A stretch of 64,000 bases of DNA from Phyllobates terribilis. Taxonomy: Eukaryota. The notes beneath the pieces are model-generated. The model did no database searches, was not told where the DNA came from, and saw only the letters and a list, made by a program, of their open reading frames with translations. The translations under genes were made by a program, and so were the position numbers. The DNA is taken from contig NW_027362770.1 of assembly GCF_046119375.1 (NCBI RefSeq), positions 191,828,001 through 191,892,000 on the forward strand, read 5' to 3'. Shown here in pieces: positions 12,466 to 26,600 of this stretch. Every line of letters begins with the position of its first letter. Positions within the stretch are counted from its first letter, which is position 1.

Positions 12466-13302
12466 CAGGCCTGGGCAAAGTGCGGCCTGCGGGCCACATC
12501 CGTCCCTGTGGCTGTCCCCGTCCAGCCCGCGAACCGAGACAGCCGTGGTCTGCTGGTCGCACTGCACGCTCCCCTGCCTGTCCGTTGCCCTCTTGTCACC
12601 GCTATGTGCATCCTCAGGATGCAGACAGCCGTGACTGCACTGGTGGAAGATGGCGCCGCCAGCCCCTTCTTCCACCAATCACCGAGTGAGACAGCTGATG
12701 CGTTGACGTCATGTCATCGCGTCAGCTCAGCTGAGCAGTGCACTGCCGACTGGAGCAGAGAGAGGCACAGCGCCGGGGGAACGGGAGCGTGGTGAGGTGC
12801 TGGTGTTTTTTTCATGGCTATGGGGGTGAGTTGCTGGACATGGGGAGGCCATGGGGGATCAGTTGCAGGACATGCAGAGGCCATGGGGGGTCAGTTGCTG
12901 GACATGGGGATCTCCTACTGGACATTGAGAGTTGGCCATGGGGGTCTCCTGCTGGATATTGGGAGTTGGCCATGGGGGTCTCCTGCTGGACATTGGGAGT
13001 TTGCTATAGGGGTCTCCTGCTTGACATTGGGAGTTGGCCATGGGGTGTCTCTTGCTGGACATGGGGAGGCTGTGTGGAGGTTCTTACGGTATATATAGGA
13101 GGCTGTGTGTGTGCTCAAATGGTATATAGGGGATGTCAGCATACTTAATTCTGCTCAATTTTAAGTGATACAATTAATATAAAGTAATTATAATTAATAT
13201 GTTATTAATATTGAGCAGTTAATTTCAGCCTACTGGTTTGGCCCTCCACAACACTCACGGTCTCTCATGTTGCCCCTCTGGAAAATGAATTGCCTACCCC
13301 TG
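12466..13302. mobile_element. hAT (Charlie-like) MITE
   Basis: TIRs CAGGCCTGGGCAA / TTGCCTACCCCTG; perfect 8-bp TSD GTGTACAG at 12458-12465 and 13303-13310. Confidence 0.88.
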
Positions 13303-14058
13303 GTGTACAGGGATTACCAGTGACATTATACACAGGTACTCTGTATATAGTGTATACTGTACAGGTAATACAGTGATCACCAGTGACATTATACACGAGC
13401 TCTATATATAGTATATAATGTACAGGTAATATAGTGATCACTGGTGACATTATACACAGGAGCACTATATATATTGTACATGGATAACCAGTTACATTAT
13501 ACACAGGTTATCTGTATATAGTGTCAGTTTACTTGTAATTCAAGGAACACCAGTGACAATATACCCAGGAGCTCTGTATATAATGTACAGGTAATACAGG
13601 AATCACCAGTGGCATTATACACAGGTGCTCTGTATACAGTGTACAGGTAGTACAGTGATCACTAGTGACATTATGCACAGGCACTCTGTAAATAGTGTAC
13701 AGGTAATACAGTGATCACTAGTGACATTATACACAGGCGCTCTGTATATAGTGTTGAGGCAATACAGGGATCACCAGTGGCATTATACACAGGCGCTCTG
13801 TATATAGTGTACAGGTAATAGAGTGATCACTAGTGACATTATACACAGGCACACTGTATATAGTGTACAGGTAATAGAGTGATCACTAGTGACATACACA
13901 GGAGCTCTGTATATAGTGTAGAGGTAATACAGGGATCACCAGTGGCATTATACACAGGAGCTCTGTATGTAGTGTACAGGTAATAGGGTGATCGCTAGTG
14001 ACATTATGCACAGGAGCTCTGTGGTCCGAGTACCTCCTCTTTGTTTCTGCTCACTGGG

Positions 14059-15697
14059 CAGTGGGAACGGAAAGTATTCAGACCCCTTTAAATTTTTCAC
14101 TCTTTGTTTCATTGCAGCCATTTCGTAAATTCTAAAAAGTTCATTTTTTTTTTCTCATTAAAGTACACTCTGCCCCCACTCTGCCCCCATCTTGACTAAA
14201 AAAACAGAAATGTAGAAATTTTTGTAAATTTATTAAAAAACAAAAACTGAAATATCACATGGTAATAATTATGCAGATCCTTTGTTCAGACACTCATATT
14301 TAAGTCACATGCTGTCCATTTCCTTGTGATCCTCCTTGAGATGGTTCTACTCCTTCATTGGAGTCCTGCTGTGTTTAATTAAACTGATAGGACTTGATTT
14401 GGAAAGGCACACACCTGTCTATATAAGACCTCACAGCTCACAGTGCATGTCAGACCAAATGAGAATCATGAGCTCAAAGGAACTGCTCAAGGAGCTCAGA
14501 GACAGAATTGTGGCACAGATCTGGCCAAGGTTACAAAAGAATTTCGGCATTACTCAAGGTTCCTAAGAGCACAGTGGCCTCCATAATCCTTAAATGGAAG
14601 AAGTTTGAGACCACTGAAGTCTTCCTAAACCTGGCCATCCAGCCAAGCTGAGCAACCATGGGAGAAGAGCCTTGGTGAGAGAGGTAAAGAAGAACCCCAA
14701 GATCACTGTGGCTGAGCTCCAGAGATTCCATACGGAGATGGGAGAACGTTCCACAAAGTCAACTATCACTGCAACACTCCACCAGTCAGGCCTTTATGGT
14801 AGAGTGGCCCGACGGAAGCCTCTCCTCAGTGCAAGACATATGAAAGCCTGCATAGAGTTTGCTCAAAAACACATGAAGGACTCACAGACTATGAGAAATA
14901 AGATTCTCTGGTCTGATGAGACGAAGATAGAATTATCACCAAAAAGTTCTAAGTGGTATGTGTGGAGAAAACCAGGCACTGCTTATCACCTGCCCAATAC
15001 AATCCCAACAGTGAAACATGGTGGTGGCAGCATCATGCTATGGGGGTGTTTTTCAGTTGCAGGGACAGGACGACTGATTGCAATTCAAGGAAACATGAAT
15101 GCGGCCAAGTACAGAGATATCCTGGATGAAAACCTTCCACAGTGCTCTGGACCTCAGACTTGGCCAAAGGTTCACCTTTCAACAAGACAATGACCCGAAG
15201 CACACAGCTAAAATAACAAAAGGAGTGGCTTCAGAACAACGCTGTGACCATTCTTGACTGGCTCAGCCAGAGCCCTGACCTAAACCCAATTGAGCATCTC
15301 TGGAGAGACCTGAAAATGGCTGTCCACCAAAGTTCACCATCCAACCTGACGGAACTGGAGAGGATCTGCAAGGAAGAATGGCAGAGGATCCCCAAATCCA
15401 GGTGTGAAAAACTTGTTGCATCATTCCAAAGAAGACTCATGGCTGAACTAGCTCAAAAGGGGGCTTCTACTCAATACTGAGCAAAGGGTCTGAATACTTA
15501 TGACCATTTGAAATTTCAGTTTTTCTTTTTTAATTAATTTGCAAAAATTTCAACATTTCAGTTTTTTTCAGTCAAGATGGGGTGCAGAGTGTACATTAAT
15601 GAGAAAAAAAAAAGAACTTTTTAAAATTTACCAAATTGCTGCCATGAAGCAAAGAGTGAAAAATTTAAAGGGGTCTGAATACTTTCCATACCCACTG
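14059..15697 (+). mobile_element. Full-length Tc1 transposon with long inverted repeats, defective
   Basis: CAGTGGG..GGAAAGTATTCAGACCCCTTTAAATTTTTCACTC / mirror ending CCCACTG|TA. Confidence 0.92.
14468..15480 (+). pseudogene. Tc1 DD34E transposase, frameshifted
   Basis: [45 protein letters not shown] spread over several frames. Confidence 0.92.
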
Positions 15698-16328
15698 TAC
15701 ATAACCTAACCTATGCCTCCAAGTCTGCAATAATTGAATCGATATGCCCTATGTATTACATCTGCTACTAATGTATTTTGTTAGAGCTTTTAGATATTCC
15801 TACAGAACAGTCCTGACATGCTGTTGCCAACCTTCCCAACACATCCAACTTTCAGGATGCAGCAGTGACCGTCTTGACTTCTCCTGTACTCAGACTTTGG
15901 ACTCCTTCCTTAGTCCTCATTACAATGATCAGCTTCTGCAGAACATTTCTCAATTTCTTCTTTTCAGAGGCCTTATGCAGCATCTCAATCTGTTGTCCCC
16001 GGTGTTTGCCTGCAATTGCATTACATTATTCCATTATCTAGAGTTACTTTCTTCTGCAGCACAGGCTTCTGATTAAACTTTGTTGCTGTCCTGATTGTTG
16101 CATTTTTTGGTGGAGCTTTTTTATTTATTGCTTCCTGCAAAATCATGTAATTGCCAGTTAGGCACATGCCTTGCATAATAGTATTATACATATCAGTTTG
16201 TCTTTTGTTTGCTTACATTATTTCGGTTTTGACCATTAGCCCTAGAGAAAGTAATGTCCTTGTGTCAGCACCTCTGATCTCTATATTCCAATGCTTAGTG
16301 CTGTCCATCTCTCTATATTATTCATAGC

Positions 16329-17500
16329 CAGGGCTGCCATCAGGGCATTACTGCCCTTACTGTTGTATGTGGCCCAGTGAGCAGAAGTAAAGAGGAGAGG
16401 CCGGACACAGTCCGGGTGCCCCCTCTTGAGCTTGTGCTCACTGGGCCCCAGGACTTAAAAGTGCAGTGTGCATCGAGAGCGCACACTTGGTGCAGCGAAC
16501 CCTCCTGGAGCTCCACGGAACAGCCTTGAAGCTCCAAGGTAATCCCTCCTCCGCTTCTGTGATTCGCTGGTGACGGCGCGTACGCAATGACGTCATCACG
16601 CATGCACTGGCATGTACACTCACCAGGAGGGTACCAGAAGTGAAGCTGCACCTGCAGGGGATCGTATCAGAGGTAAGTATGAAATACTTCATTTTCTTTT
16701 TTTTTAATAAAATTCATTACATGGGCTTGAGGAGGATCAAATGATGATGGATTGAGGGTGTGGGACAGGGGACAGCAAATAATGATGGATTGAGGGTGGC
16801 GGACGGGGACAGTGAAAGATGATGTATTGAGGTGGGGGACAACAACTGTTGAATTGAGGGTGGGGGACAGAAAATGATGATTTGGGAGTGGGGGCAGCAA
16901 TGAATGATGAATTGAGGGTGGGAGATAGGGGATGGCAAATGATGATGAATTGAGACTTGGGGATGGGGGACAGCAAATGGTAATGAACTGAGGGTGGGGA
17001 GAGTAAATCATGATGTATTGAGACTAAGGAATGGGGGGAGCAACTGATGAATTGAGGGTGGGGGAGAGATAATGATGATGAATTGGGAGTGGGGGCAGCA
17101 ATGAATGATAAATTGACGGTGGGGGAGACCAAATAACGATGAATTGAGGGTTGTAGGATTATGGCTATAAATGATTATGTATTCAGACTGGGGGATGGGA
17201 GAGTAAATTATATATTGAGTGTGAGGTAGAGCAAATGATGCTGTATTTAGGGTCGGGGAGAACAAATGATGATGAATTGAGGGTGAGGGAGAGCAGTTGC
17301 TAATGAGTAGAGGGTGGGGGTGGGAGAGAGAGGACATGACATAATGAACTTAGGCGGAGAGGGGCATGTAAATATAATGAATCGAGGGAGAGGGAGGTAA
17401 AGGGTGGGGGCATTAAGGATGCAGGAGTGTGACTGGTAATGAATTGGGGGAAAGAGTACAGGTGCTAATTAATTTATATATTTATTGGGTGGGGAAATTG
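16329..17500 (+). repeat. Non-autonomous hAT-like repeat with an internal purine-rich tandem array
   Basis: Begins CAGGGCTGCCATCAGG; GC-rich core then GGGACAGCAAATGATGATGAATTGAGGG repeats; right end not found. Confidence 0.55.
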
Positions 17501-17950
17501 ACTGTTTATAGTTAGTGGGGGCACTGTCATGGATTACAATTTATATTTGGAATGGTGGGCTGCCTAATAAGTTACTATATATTAATGGTGGGTGCATGTC
17601 TGTACTCAGCTGCGTAGTGTAGAAGTTGGGGGGGGAGTGGGGAATGTTCTCTGGAAGCGGTGCTCTAGATAACTGTGTGTTATTTTCTGTAGAGATGAGT
17701 CCTGTCTGGAAGAAGTGATGGCGGGCTGCGCTGGATGAAGAGGAAAAATGAAGATGAAGGACTTCAACTAGAGACATCACTGGTGAGTCAATGTGTTACC
17801 TGTACACTTACACTATAGACTGTATACTATGTACAGAGCTCTGGTGTATACTGTCATTGGTGATCACTATTACCTGTACACTATACACAGAGTTCCTGTG
17901 TATAATGTCACCGGTCATCACTGTATTACCTGTACACTATACACTATATA

Positions 17951-18120
17951 ATGATTTATTATTTTAGCGCCATTTATCCCATGGTGCTTTACATGTGAAA
18001 ACGGGGTATACATAATAAAAAGCAAGTACAATAATCTTGAACAATGCATGTCATCGACTGGTACAGGAAGAGAGAGGACCCTGCCCACGAGGCCTCACAG
18101 TCTTCAAGGGATGGGTGAGG
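17951..18120 (-). mobile_element. L2-type LINE 3' tail fragment
   Basis: Minus strand ...GGGCAGGGTCC...TGTAAAGCACCATGGGATAAATGGCGCTAAAATAATAAAT, inserted in the tandem array. Confidence 0.55.
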
Positions 18121-19190
18121 ATACAGTAGGTACACTTACACTGTATATAGTATACAGTCTATAGAGCTTCTGTGTAAAATGTCACCAGTGATCACTGTAT
18201 TACCTGTACACTTACACTATGTACAGAGATACTGTGTATAATGTCACCGGTGATCACTGTATTACATGTACATTGACACTATATGCAGAGCTCCTGAGTA
18301 TAATGTCACTGTTGATCCCTGTATTACCTGTACACTGACACTATATACAGAGCTCCTGTATATAATGTCACTGGAGATCCCCGTATTACCTTTACATTGA
18401 CACTATATACAGAGCTGCTGTGTATAATATCACCAGTGATCACTGTATTATCTGTACATTGACACTATATATAGAGCTTGTGTGTATAATGGCACTTATT
18501 GTAATATTAATATTGTGTTTTTTTTATTAATAATCACTATTGTAGTAGTGAGTCATTATGTGGTGGTAATATGTGGTTATGGCATGGTGTGGTGGTATTT
18601 GCTGCCTGTATGTGGTATTATTCGGTCACTATGTGGTGATAATATGTGGTCTGGTCATGGTGTGCCAGTATTTGTCACCTGTATCTGGTATTGTTTGGTC
18701 ACTATGTGGTGGAAATATGTGATCTGGTCATTGTGTGGCAGTATTTTCTTGTATGTGGTATTATTCGGTCACTATGTGGTTGTAATATGTGGTCTGGTCA
18801 TGGTGTGGCTGTATTTGTCACCTGTATCTAGTATTATTCGGTCACTATGTGGTGGAAATATGTGATCTGGTCATTGTGTGGCAGTATTTTCTTGTATGTG
18901 GTATTATTCTGTCACTATGTGGTTGGGTCATGGTGTGGCGGTATTTGTTCCTTGTATGTGATATAATTGGTCATTTTTAAAAATGTATGTGACACATTCC
19001 CTTAAAGAAAAATAAATAAAAATATACCTAAAAGAGTATTGAATATTTTAACAAATTTTTAATAGGCTAGAGCAGAGTAGGGCCCTGTCAAAAGAGTCTA
19101 CCTTGTCGTGGTGGCGGCTTAAAAAAATCTTTTGGCCAAAACAAAAGCTGATGGCTATGTGTGTGATATGGTGTTTGATTGGAACTGTTA

Positions 19191-20067
19191 GGCTATGTGC
19201 CCACGATGCAGAAATGCTCCGGATTTTTCCTGAGAGTTTCTGCATCTCCCTGGCAGAAAAAACGCCTGCGGATTGTACATGCGTTTTTCCTGGCATGGAC
19301 ATGCGGATGTGCAGCGTTCTTCACATACATTTCCGCATGCGGGTTGACAAGCGCTTTCCAAGCGCTTTTAGCATCACTTGGAAAGTGCTTGTCAACTTGG
19401 TCACACTATATAAATCCATGCAACCGGCATGGATTTATATACTGTGACCAAAAGAATGTTTAAAAATAAAAAATAAATCTATACTTACCTTCCGATGGCC
19501 CCCGGAGTCTTGCTTCCCTCCGTCCTGGCTGCCGGCAGATCGCGGTACACTGAAGGAACTGCCGACGTCAGCATCGCGTGACCCGTCACATGACTATGAC
19601 GTCAGCGCAGGTCCTCCAGTCCATCGCGATCTGCTGGCAAGGGAGGACGAGCGCACCGCGGGCCATCAGAAGGTAAGTACAGTATAATATTTATTTTTTA
19701 TTCTTTTTTTTTTTACAGTTTTCTATGGTACCCTGGTCCGGAGGAGAGTCTCCTCTCCTCCACACCTGGGTACCATCCGCACATTGAACGCATGTATTCT
19801 GCATGTGCTTATCTAGTGAAGCGGAATACATGCGTTCTAATACAAGTCAATGGCGGTGAAAACGCAGCGCTTCCGCAAAATGATTGGTAGTGCTGCGTTT
19901 TTTTCCACAATGATAATCCGCAGCGGAAATTTCCGCAGCATGTGCACAGCACATGCGGATTATCATTGGGGAACATGGCAGGCCTTCTACCATGCGTTTT
20001 TTAAGCGTTTCTGCAGCATGTTTGCCGCTGCGGAAACGATTAAAAAGCGCATTGTGGGCACTCAGCC
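19191..20067. mobile_element. PIF/Harbinger-like MITE
   Basis: TIRs GGCTATGTGCCCACGATGC / GCATTGTGGGCACTCAGCC; TSD TTA; empty site CTGTTAATGTG at about 661-671 in copy 1. Confidence 0.88.
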
Positions 20068-20154
20068 TTAATGTGTGAATGGTGAGGACGTGGTGCAGAA
20101 GTGGAGTTTTTCCAAGAGTGGGCAGAGGGGCTGTGAAAGGTTCGAGGGTTGGAG

Positions 20155-21416
20155 CAGGCCCGGCGCCAGCACCCAGGCAAGTGCCGTGGTCCTGAACAGG
20201 CGGGGGGGCCCACTCGCCGTCAGGCTCCCCGCCACGCTTTCGGACCCGTGAGCGGAGGAGAGCGGTGTCAGAGCCCGCTCCCCCCCGCTTGCTCAGGGCC
20301 CCGGCAGCCGGCACAATACTTACCCCTCCCTGTACCTCCGCAGCAGCTCCGGTGTCTTCCGTGTCCTCTGACTGACGTCTCAGGTCAGAGGGCGAGGTGA
20401 CGTCTTTCCACCATGCCCTCTCCTGAGTCGTCACAGCGCAGAGCGGGAAGACGCCGGCGACGCTGGAGTCCAGAGCAGCAGCAGATGAGAAGTGAGGTGA
20501 GTATTTGATTTTTTTTTTTTTTTATGTATGGTTGCTTGGGGCATTATAAGGGAGGGGTGACTTCCTGATCCTGCATGGGGCATTAATAGGGGGGGGGGAT
20601 GACATCCTTCATGGGGCATTATAAGGGAGGTAGGTGACATCCTGCATGGGGCATTATATAGGGGGGGGCAAGTGACATCCTGCATGGGTCATGATAAGGG
20701 AGGGGGGTGACGTCCTTCATGGGGCATTATAAGGGAGGGGTGTGACATCCTGTATGGGGCATTAAAAGGGGGGTGGGGAGTGACATCCTTCATGGGGCAT
20801 TATAAGGGAGGTAGGTGACATCCTGCATGGGGCATTATAAGGGAGAGGGGTGACATCCTGAATGGGGCATTATAAGGGAGAGGGGTGACATCCTGAATGG
20901 GGCATTATAAGGGGGGGTGACATCCTGCATGGGGCATTATAAGGGGGGACAGAAACAGCCTGCGTGGGGCATTATAAGGGGAACAGCCTGTGTGGGGCAT
21001 TACGTGGGGGGAACAGCCTGCATGAGGCATTACGTGGGGGGAACAGAATGCATGAAGCATTATTTGGGGCCAAACAGCCTGCATGGAGCATTATGTGTGG
21101 GAGGGGGGCAGCCTGCATGAGGCATTATGTTGGGAGGAACAGCCTGCATGGAGCATTATATGGGGGCCAGTATCCTGTATGGAGTGTCATAAGCAGGCCA
21201 GTATCCTGTATGGATCATTTTATGGGGGCCAGTATTCTGTGTGGAGCGATTTTCCGGTTTCTGAACTATTGTGGAATTTACAATAGATATTGCTCATGTA
21301 ATGTAAGAAGTGAAATCTTTGGCCTTTTACTATATATATATTTCTCTGCGGTATCTGTGCATCATGAATCGTGGTATGTGTTAAAAGGGGCCCACAAAAA
21401 CCTGGTGCCGCCCCTG
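20155..21416 (+). mobile_element. hAT-like MITE, paralog of 751-2154
   Basis: Perfect TSD GGTTGGAG at 20147-20154 and 21417-21424. Confidence 0.85.
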
Positions 21417-22714
21417 GGTTGGAGGCGGAGCGGCGGTGTAGCCTGAGTGGAGCTCAAGGGTGCTCGAAAATGTTGCCAGTATTGGGCCCTGAAATTCCTG
21501 GTGGCAGTCCTTCCCGTCCTCCACCCTTAATTCATCATTTTCTGTCCCCCGTCCCCTACCTTCAATACCTCATTTGCTGTCACCTGTCCCCCCCTTCAAT
21601 ACATCGTTTGCTTTACCCTGACCCCCAACCTTATTTCATCATTTACTGTCCACATCCCCCACCCTCAATTCATCATTTGCTTTCCTCCACCCCCAATTCA
21701 TCATTATCTGTGCCACCCACCTCAATACATCATTATTTACTGTTCACCGTCCCTCACCCACAATGCATCATTATTTGCTTACAATTACAATTAGTTAATT
21801 GTATTTAAAAAAAAATGCCATACTTACCTCTCATACGATCCCTTGCAGCTCCACTTTTGGACTGGTAGCCTGGCACGTGTACATGCCGTCGGCTATGCGA
21901 TGACTTCATCATTTAGGCGCCGTCACCAGCGTGTAGTGAGCTGGCCGGCTCTGGCTGTTCTGTGATAATTGATATAGAGCCTGTTACAGAAGTGATTACA
22001 CAGAATGATGTTGCCACCTTGTGGCCAGAGGTTGCACCTGCGCAGGGTGTGATGACAGAGAAAAAGACTGAGCCTCCTGTGTCCCGCCCTAGAGAGTCAC
22101 GTGACCAAAGTGGGAAGCAGGAAAAAGCGCGCGAAGAGTCTCCTGTGGTCTGTGAAAAGAGCCAGGACGGTGTGCAGGCCCTCGTGTGTGGAGCAGGAGA
22201 GACTCTCAACGTGATTTCTTCTATCTAACACCATATCCTCGGAGCCTTCCCCAGCTTCTGCACTGCTGAAGGATACAGCTATTACACTCCCTGCTACTGG
22301 AGTGTGGACTACATAAGGGGACCCACCAGAGCTTCTATCCGGATCAGAGAGACTGTAAGCGGGACCTCTGGCGAGAGGCCGAAGTATCCCTTCCTTTCTT
22401 TCCGCGAATTCTGCTGTTCCTGTTTTTTTTTCGGCTGGGACGCCCTCCTGCAAAGACAGACAGGCCTGCGACGGGGGACACATCCTTCTGGTGTAAAGGA
22501 CTGGTAACGTGTGAGTAGGGACAGTGAGGGTCAGCTTATCAGTACACGTTATTACTGTGCATATTTACGGTTGTCATTTATTGTTTTCTTTCTTTGCTGT
22601 GTTAAAAATGTATACGAGTAAAGATACGGTTATCAAGATAGAGTCTGTGTGTGGGGGTCTTGCTGGGCCAGATCATAGATACCAATGCGCGGCCTTGCCC
22701 GCGGTCACTTCATC

Positions 22715-22732
22715 TGGCGTAGTCGGCAGGAT
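22715..22732 (+). other. Primer-binding site, tRNA-Ser (element 1)
   Basis: TGGCGTAGTCGGCAGGAT, complementary to the 3' 18 nt of vertebrate tRNA-Ser (…ATCCTGCCGACTACGCCA), 2 nt after the LTR. Confidence 0.88.
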
Positions 22733-23690
22733 CTGTGACCAACAGGATTCCCACCCAGGCCATGTGTACAGTCAGAAAGCCCCGCCGGTGTCTATTGTGA
22801 ATCAGGTCAGGAAATTTGGCGGACGAAACTACCCTGTACCAGAGTGGGCGGAACAAGTCCGGATACTGGGGGAAATGTATAATATTGACCCTAAGACCTT
22901 GGCAGAAATGGCGGTACTGACGCTAGAGGGGGAGGCATGGACGACAGTCAGACTGGAGACGGTCAGGGGCCAGTGTACAGTAGATGATTTAGTGCGGGTG
23001 CTGGAGAACACCTATGGGCCGACCCCATACCAGGGAACACTGCGACTCATGTTCTTTAGACGGACGCAGCTTGAATGGGAGGATATTCCCCAATATGCGA
23101 ACGCCCTTCAGGTACTCCTTGAACAAACCTGTGGAAAAGGGGAGCAACTAGCTGGTATGGCTTCTCGTGACCTGGTACTGAGAGACCAATTTGTAATAGG
23201 ACTGAGAGACCAGTATCTTAACCGCACGTTACAGGACTTGATCCGGATGATGCCGGCTCTTACTTTTGCTGAAGTCAAACAGGAAGCCATAGAACGTTCA
23301 AGGGGACCCGTCATGGATGTGGGGATTCAAGGTGCTGCGTGCAGATCCATATCTGACATTAAAAATCCGAACAGTGACACGGAAGACCTGAAACAGATGA
23401 TAGCAGACTTACAGAGACAGATATTACAGTTAACATTAGACCGACAGGGAGACCAGCGAAGACAGCCTAGTCGTCCCGTGGGACAGTGTTGGTCATGCGG
23501 TGATCCTCGCCATAGGGCAAATCGTTGTCCTCAACACTTCCCTCCACAACAACCTCCGTCGCACCAACGAACAAACCCTCAGTCACCCCAGCGAAGGGAA
23601 TTTCGATCAGACCAGCGAATGGAACCCCAGCCATATCCACAAGCAGAGCTACCACGCCGGGCCTCACCACAATGGCCGCCGTTAAACTAG
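22733..23690 (+). CDS. gag: Gag of element 1 (start codon uncertain)
   Basis: Open frame with capsid-like region (DQFVIGL) and CCHC knuckle CWSCGDPRHRANRC; ends at GTTAAAC-TAG. Confidence 0.8.
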
Positions 23691-26600
23691 ACACCCCTGC
23701 AGCTGAGGCTCGCGCAGCAGGGGAGGCCAAGGAGAGGGGTGTGGAAAAACAGAGCCGATGGCGGAGTGCTCTTGCCGCGAATAGCCCGACACTTGAAGTT
23801 TTCCTGGAAGGAATTGCCATACAGGGACTAATGGACACCCGATCACAAGTGACCACGATCTCTGAACAGTTTTACGAAAATTACCTCAAACCAAGAACTG
23901 CTCGTGACCCAGACACCGCCATTAAGATTATTGCGGCTAATAATCTACCAATTCCAGTGACCGGAGTTGCTTGGATGGACACAAAGGCCTGCGGACAGGA
24001 CTTAGGGAAACGAGGGATCGTCATCGTCAAGGAAGGTTTCGGCTCCGAGACCCCAGTGATAGTGGGAATGAACATCTTGAAAGACCTGGATCTTATGCTG
24101 TTGACAAGAAAAGGACCCAAATACTGGCAGAAAGTCACCAAACATATGCCGACTCGACTGGCGTTCCAGCGCGTAATTCGGACCGTTGGACTTCAACAGA
24201 TGGCAGAAGAACAACTACCCCTAGCCGCCATTACGGTGCCACGCCGTACCCGGATTACTTTGCCCGCTGAAAAAGAGACAGTCATTTCCTTACCCCTTAA
24301 CACCCACCGACAACTTGAGGGGGTTGAAGTGTTGATCGAGCCGAGGACCCCAAGTGGGGGTAAGCTAAACCCACTAGTTGCTCGTACTCTAGCCGTCGTG
24401 AGGAACGGGAGAGTCCCTATGAGGCTAAACAACACCGCAGACGTAGGCCTAGCCCTTGAAGCCGGCACTCAACTTGCCCGGGTATATGCTCTACCCACGG
24501 AAGTGAATCCCATTGGGCCCCTAGAATTCACCCAGTCTACAGAAGGCGACTGGACGGTAACCGTCTCAGCCATAAACGCTCAAGTAGACGATGAGGACAT
24601 TGGGCGAAAACTACGGGAAAAAGTGCAGCTAGACACGTCTCAGTACACCAAACAAGAAGTGTCTCAAGTGGAGGAACTCCTGCGGGAACACCAAGACTCC
24701 TTTGCAAAGCATGACACAGACTTTGGGTGTACCACCAGTATCCAGCACGAGATACCCACGGGCGATACCCCCCCTATCCGCGAAAGGTACCGGCAGATAC
24801 CACCTCAGCAATACCAGGAGGTGAAAAGCCTGTAAGAATCTATGCTACACACCGGAGTGGTACGTGAAAGCCAGAGCCCGTGGGCTGCACCCGTGGTGAT
24901 AGTCAAAAAGAAAGATGGTTCCCTAAGGTTTTGCGTGGACTACCGTAGGCTGAACGCTTGCACTATCCGGGACTCATATCCACTTCCTCGGATCGAAGAG
25001 TCACTGACCGCCCTGAAGAAGGCCAAATATTTTTCGTCCCTAGACCTGGCCAGTGGATATTGGCAGGTTCCAATGAGTGAGAAGGACAGGGAAAAGACCG
25101 CCTTCATCCTTCCCATGGGCCTATATGAGTTCGTCCGGATGCCGTTCGGCTTGAATAACGCACCGGGGACCTTTCAGAGACTAATGGAACGCTGTCTGGG
25201 GGACTTCAACTTTGAGTTTACGCTGATATACCTTGACGACATCGTGGTATACTCTGCCACCTTTGAAGATCATCTTCACAAGCTTGGCCAAGTGTTCCAG
25301 CGCTTGAGGCGACACGGCTTGAAGTTGAAGCCCAGCAAGTGCCGTCTGTTCCAGCAGGAAATCGACTACTTGGGTCACCGGATCTCGGCCGAAGGCGTCC
25401 AGCCCTCTCCGGAGAAGATAGCAGCCGTTCAAGAGTGGCCGCAGCCAACTACCGTCAAAGAAGTCCGGGCCTTTCTGGGGCTTGCAGGCTACTACCGTCG
25501 GTTTGTCAAGGACTTTGCTCGGCTTGCTGAGCCACTGCATGAGGTTCTCCGAGGGACCGCGAACAGCCCCAGAGGACGACGCATCAGTTGGGGGCCTGAC
25601 CGAGAAAAATCCTTTCAGGCACTTAAGGCTGCTCTAACATCACCCCCTGTTCTGGCATATGCAGACTACACATTACCATTTCAGTTGCACACCGACGCCA
25701 GCCTTCAAGGTCTAGGGGCGGTCCTCTCTCAAGTTCAAGATAATAAAGAACGCGTGATAGCCTATGCCAGTAGGTCTCTCCGTGACACCGAAAAGAATCC
25801 CGTCAACTACAGCTCCTTCCGCTTGGAACTCTTGGCTCTGACTTGGGCTATGACGGAGAAATTTGCCAGCTATCTGACAGGAGCGGAGGTGCTGGTCATG
25901 ACGGACAACAATCCTCTTGCCCACCTAGAGAATGCTAAACTAGGGGCAATGGAACAGCGCTGGATGGCCAGTCTCTCTAGATTCCAGTACAAAATTAAAT
26001 ACAGAGCGGGGAACGAGAATCAGAATGCTGACAGCCTGTCTAGAGTGACAACATCCCCGCCAGTGGGGGACCGGGATGAAGAGTTGGAGGAAGATGAGAT
26101 GCCTGACTTTGCCCGGCTCGCAAAGCAAATAGAAGATAGCCGCCAGTATGCGGTAGGAGGGATTGATGCCGTAGTGGGATCTCCCCTGTCCCAGCAAGAA
26201 TGGGCCAAGCTTCAAGATCGAGATCCCGAGCACGTCTTACTGAAACAGTATGTGAATAAACAAGAGAAACCGCCCTCCGAAGTGAGAGCCCGACTATCGA
26301 CCGGAGCCTTCGCTCTGCTTGCCCAGTGGGATCGGCTGATCGTGAAAGATGGAGTCCTGTGTCGCAGGGCCCTTTTATCCCATATGCTGGAGGAGTGTTT
26401 GCAGATTGTCGTCCCGGTGCAGTTGGCCCATGAGATGGTGGGCGAAGCTCACAGGAGCAACGGCCACTTCGGCATAGACAAGACCCTCCGGTGGACCCAG
26501 CAGTTCATTTTTTGTCCGGGGCTCCGTAAGTTGGTTGAAAACGTCTGTCAAGCATGCCGTACCTGTGAATTCCACAAGTCCGCGGAGCAGCGTGCCCCCG

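Larger units (their letters stand above)
12214..18509. repeat. Large foldback-like structure with inverted ~56-62-bp tandem arrays
   Basis: TACAGGTAATACAGTGATCACCAGTGACATTATACACAGGAGCTCTG arrays at 12230-14030 (+) and 17790-18490 (-); matching outer ends TAATATTAC(C/A)ATAAGTGC(A/C)ATTATACACA. Confidence 0.7.

Noticed and set aside
19481-19490. U1 snRNA gene (ATACTTACCT)
   Set aside because: Only the first 10 nt match at each site; the U1 body does not follow. Read instead as antisense splice donors.
22524-22732. Gag N-terminal extension in the 388-aa ORF call
   Set aside because: Starts at a GTG inside the LTR and reads through the PBS; the same text recurs at 42648 with no gag.
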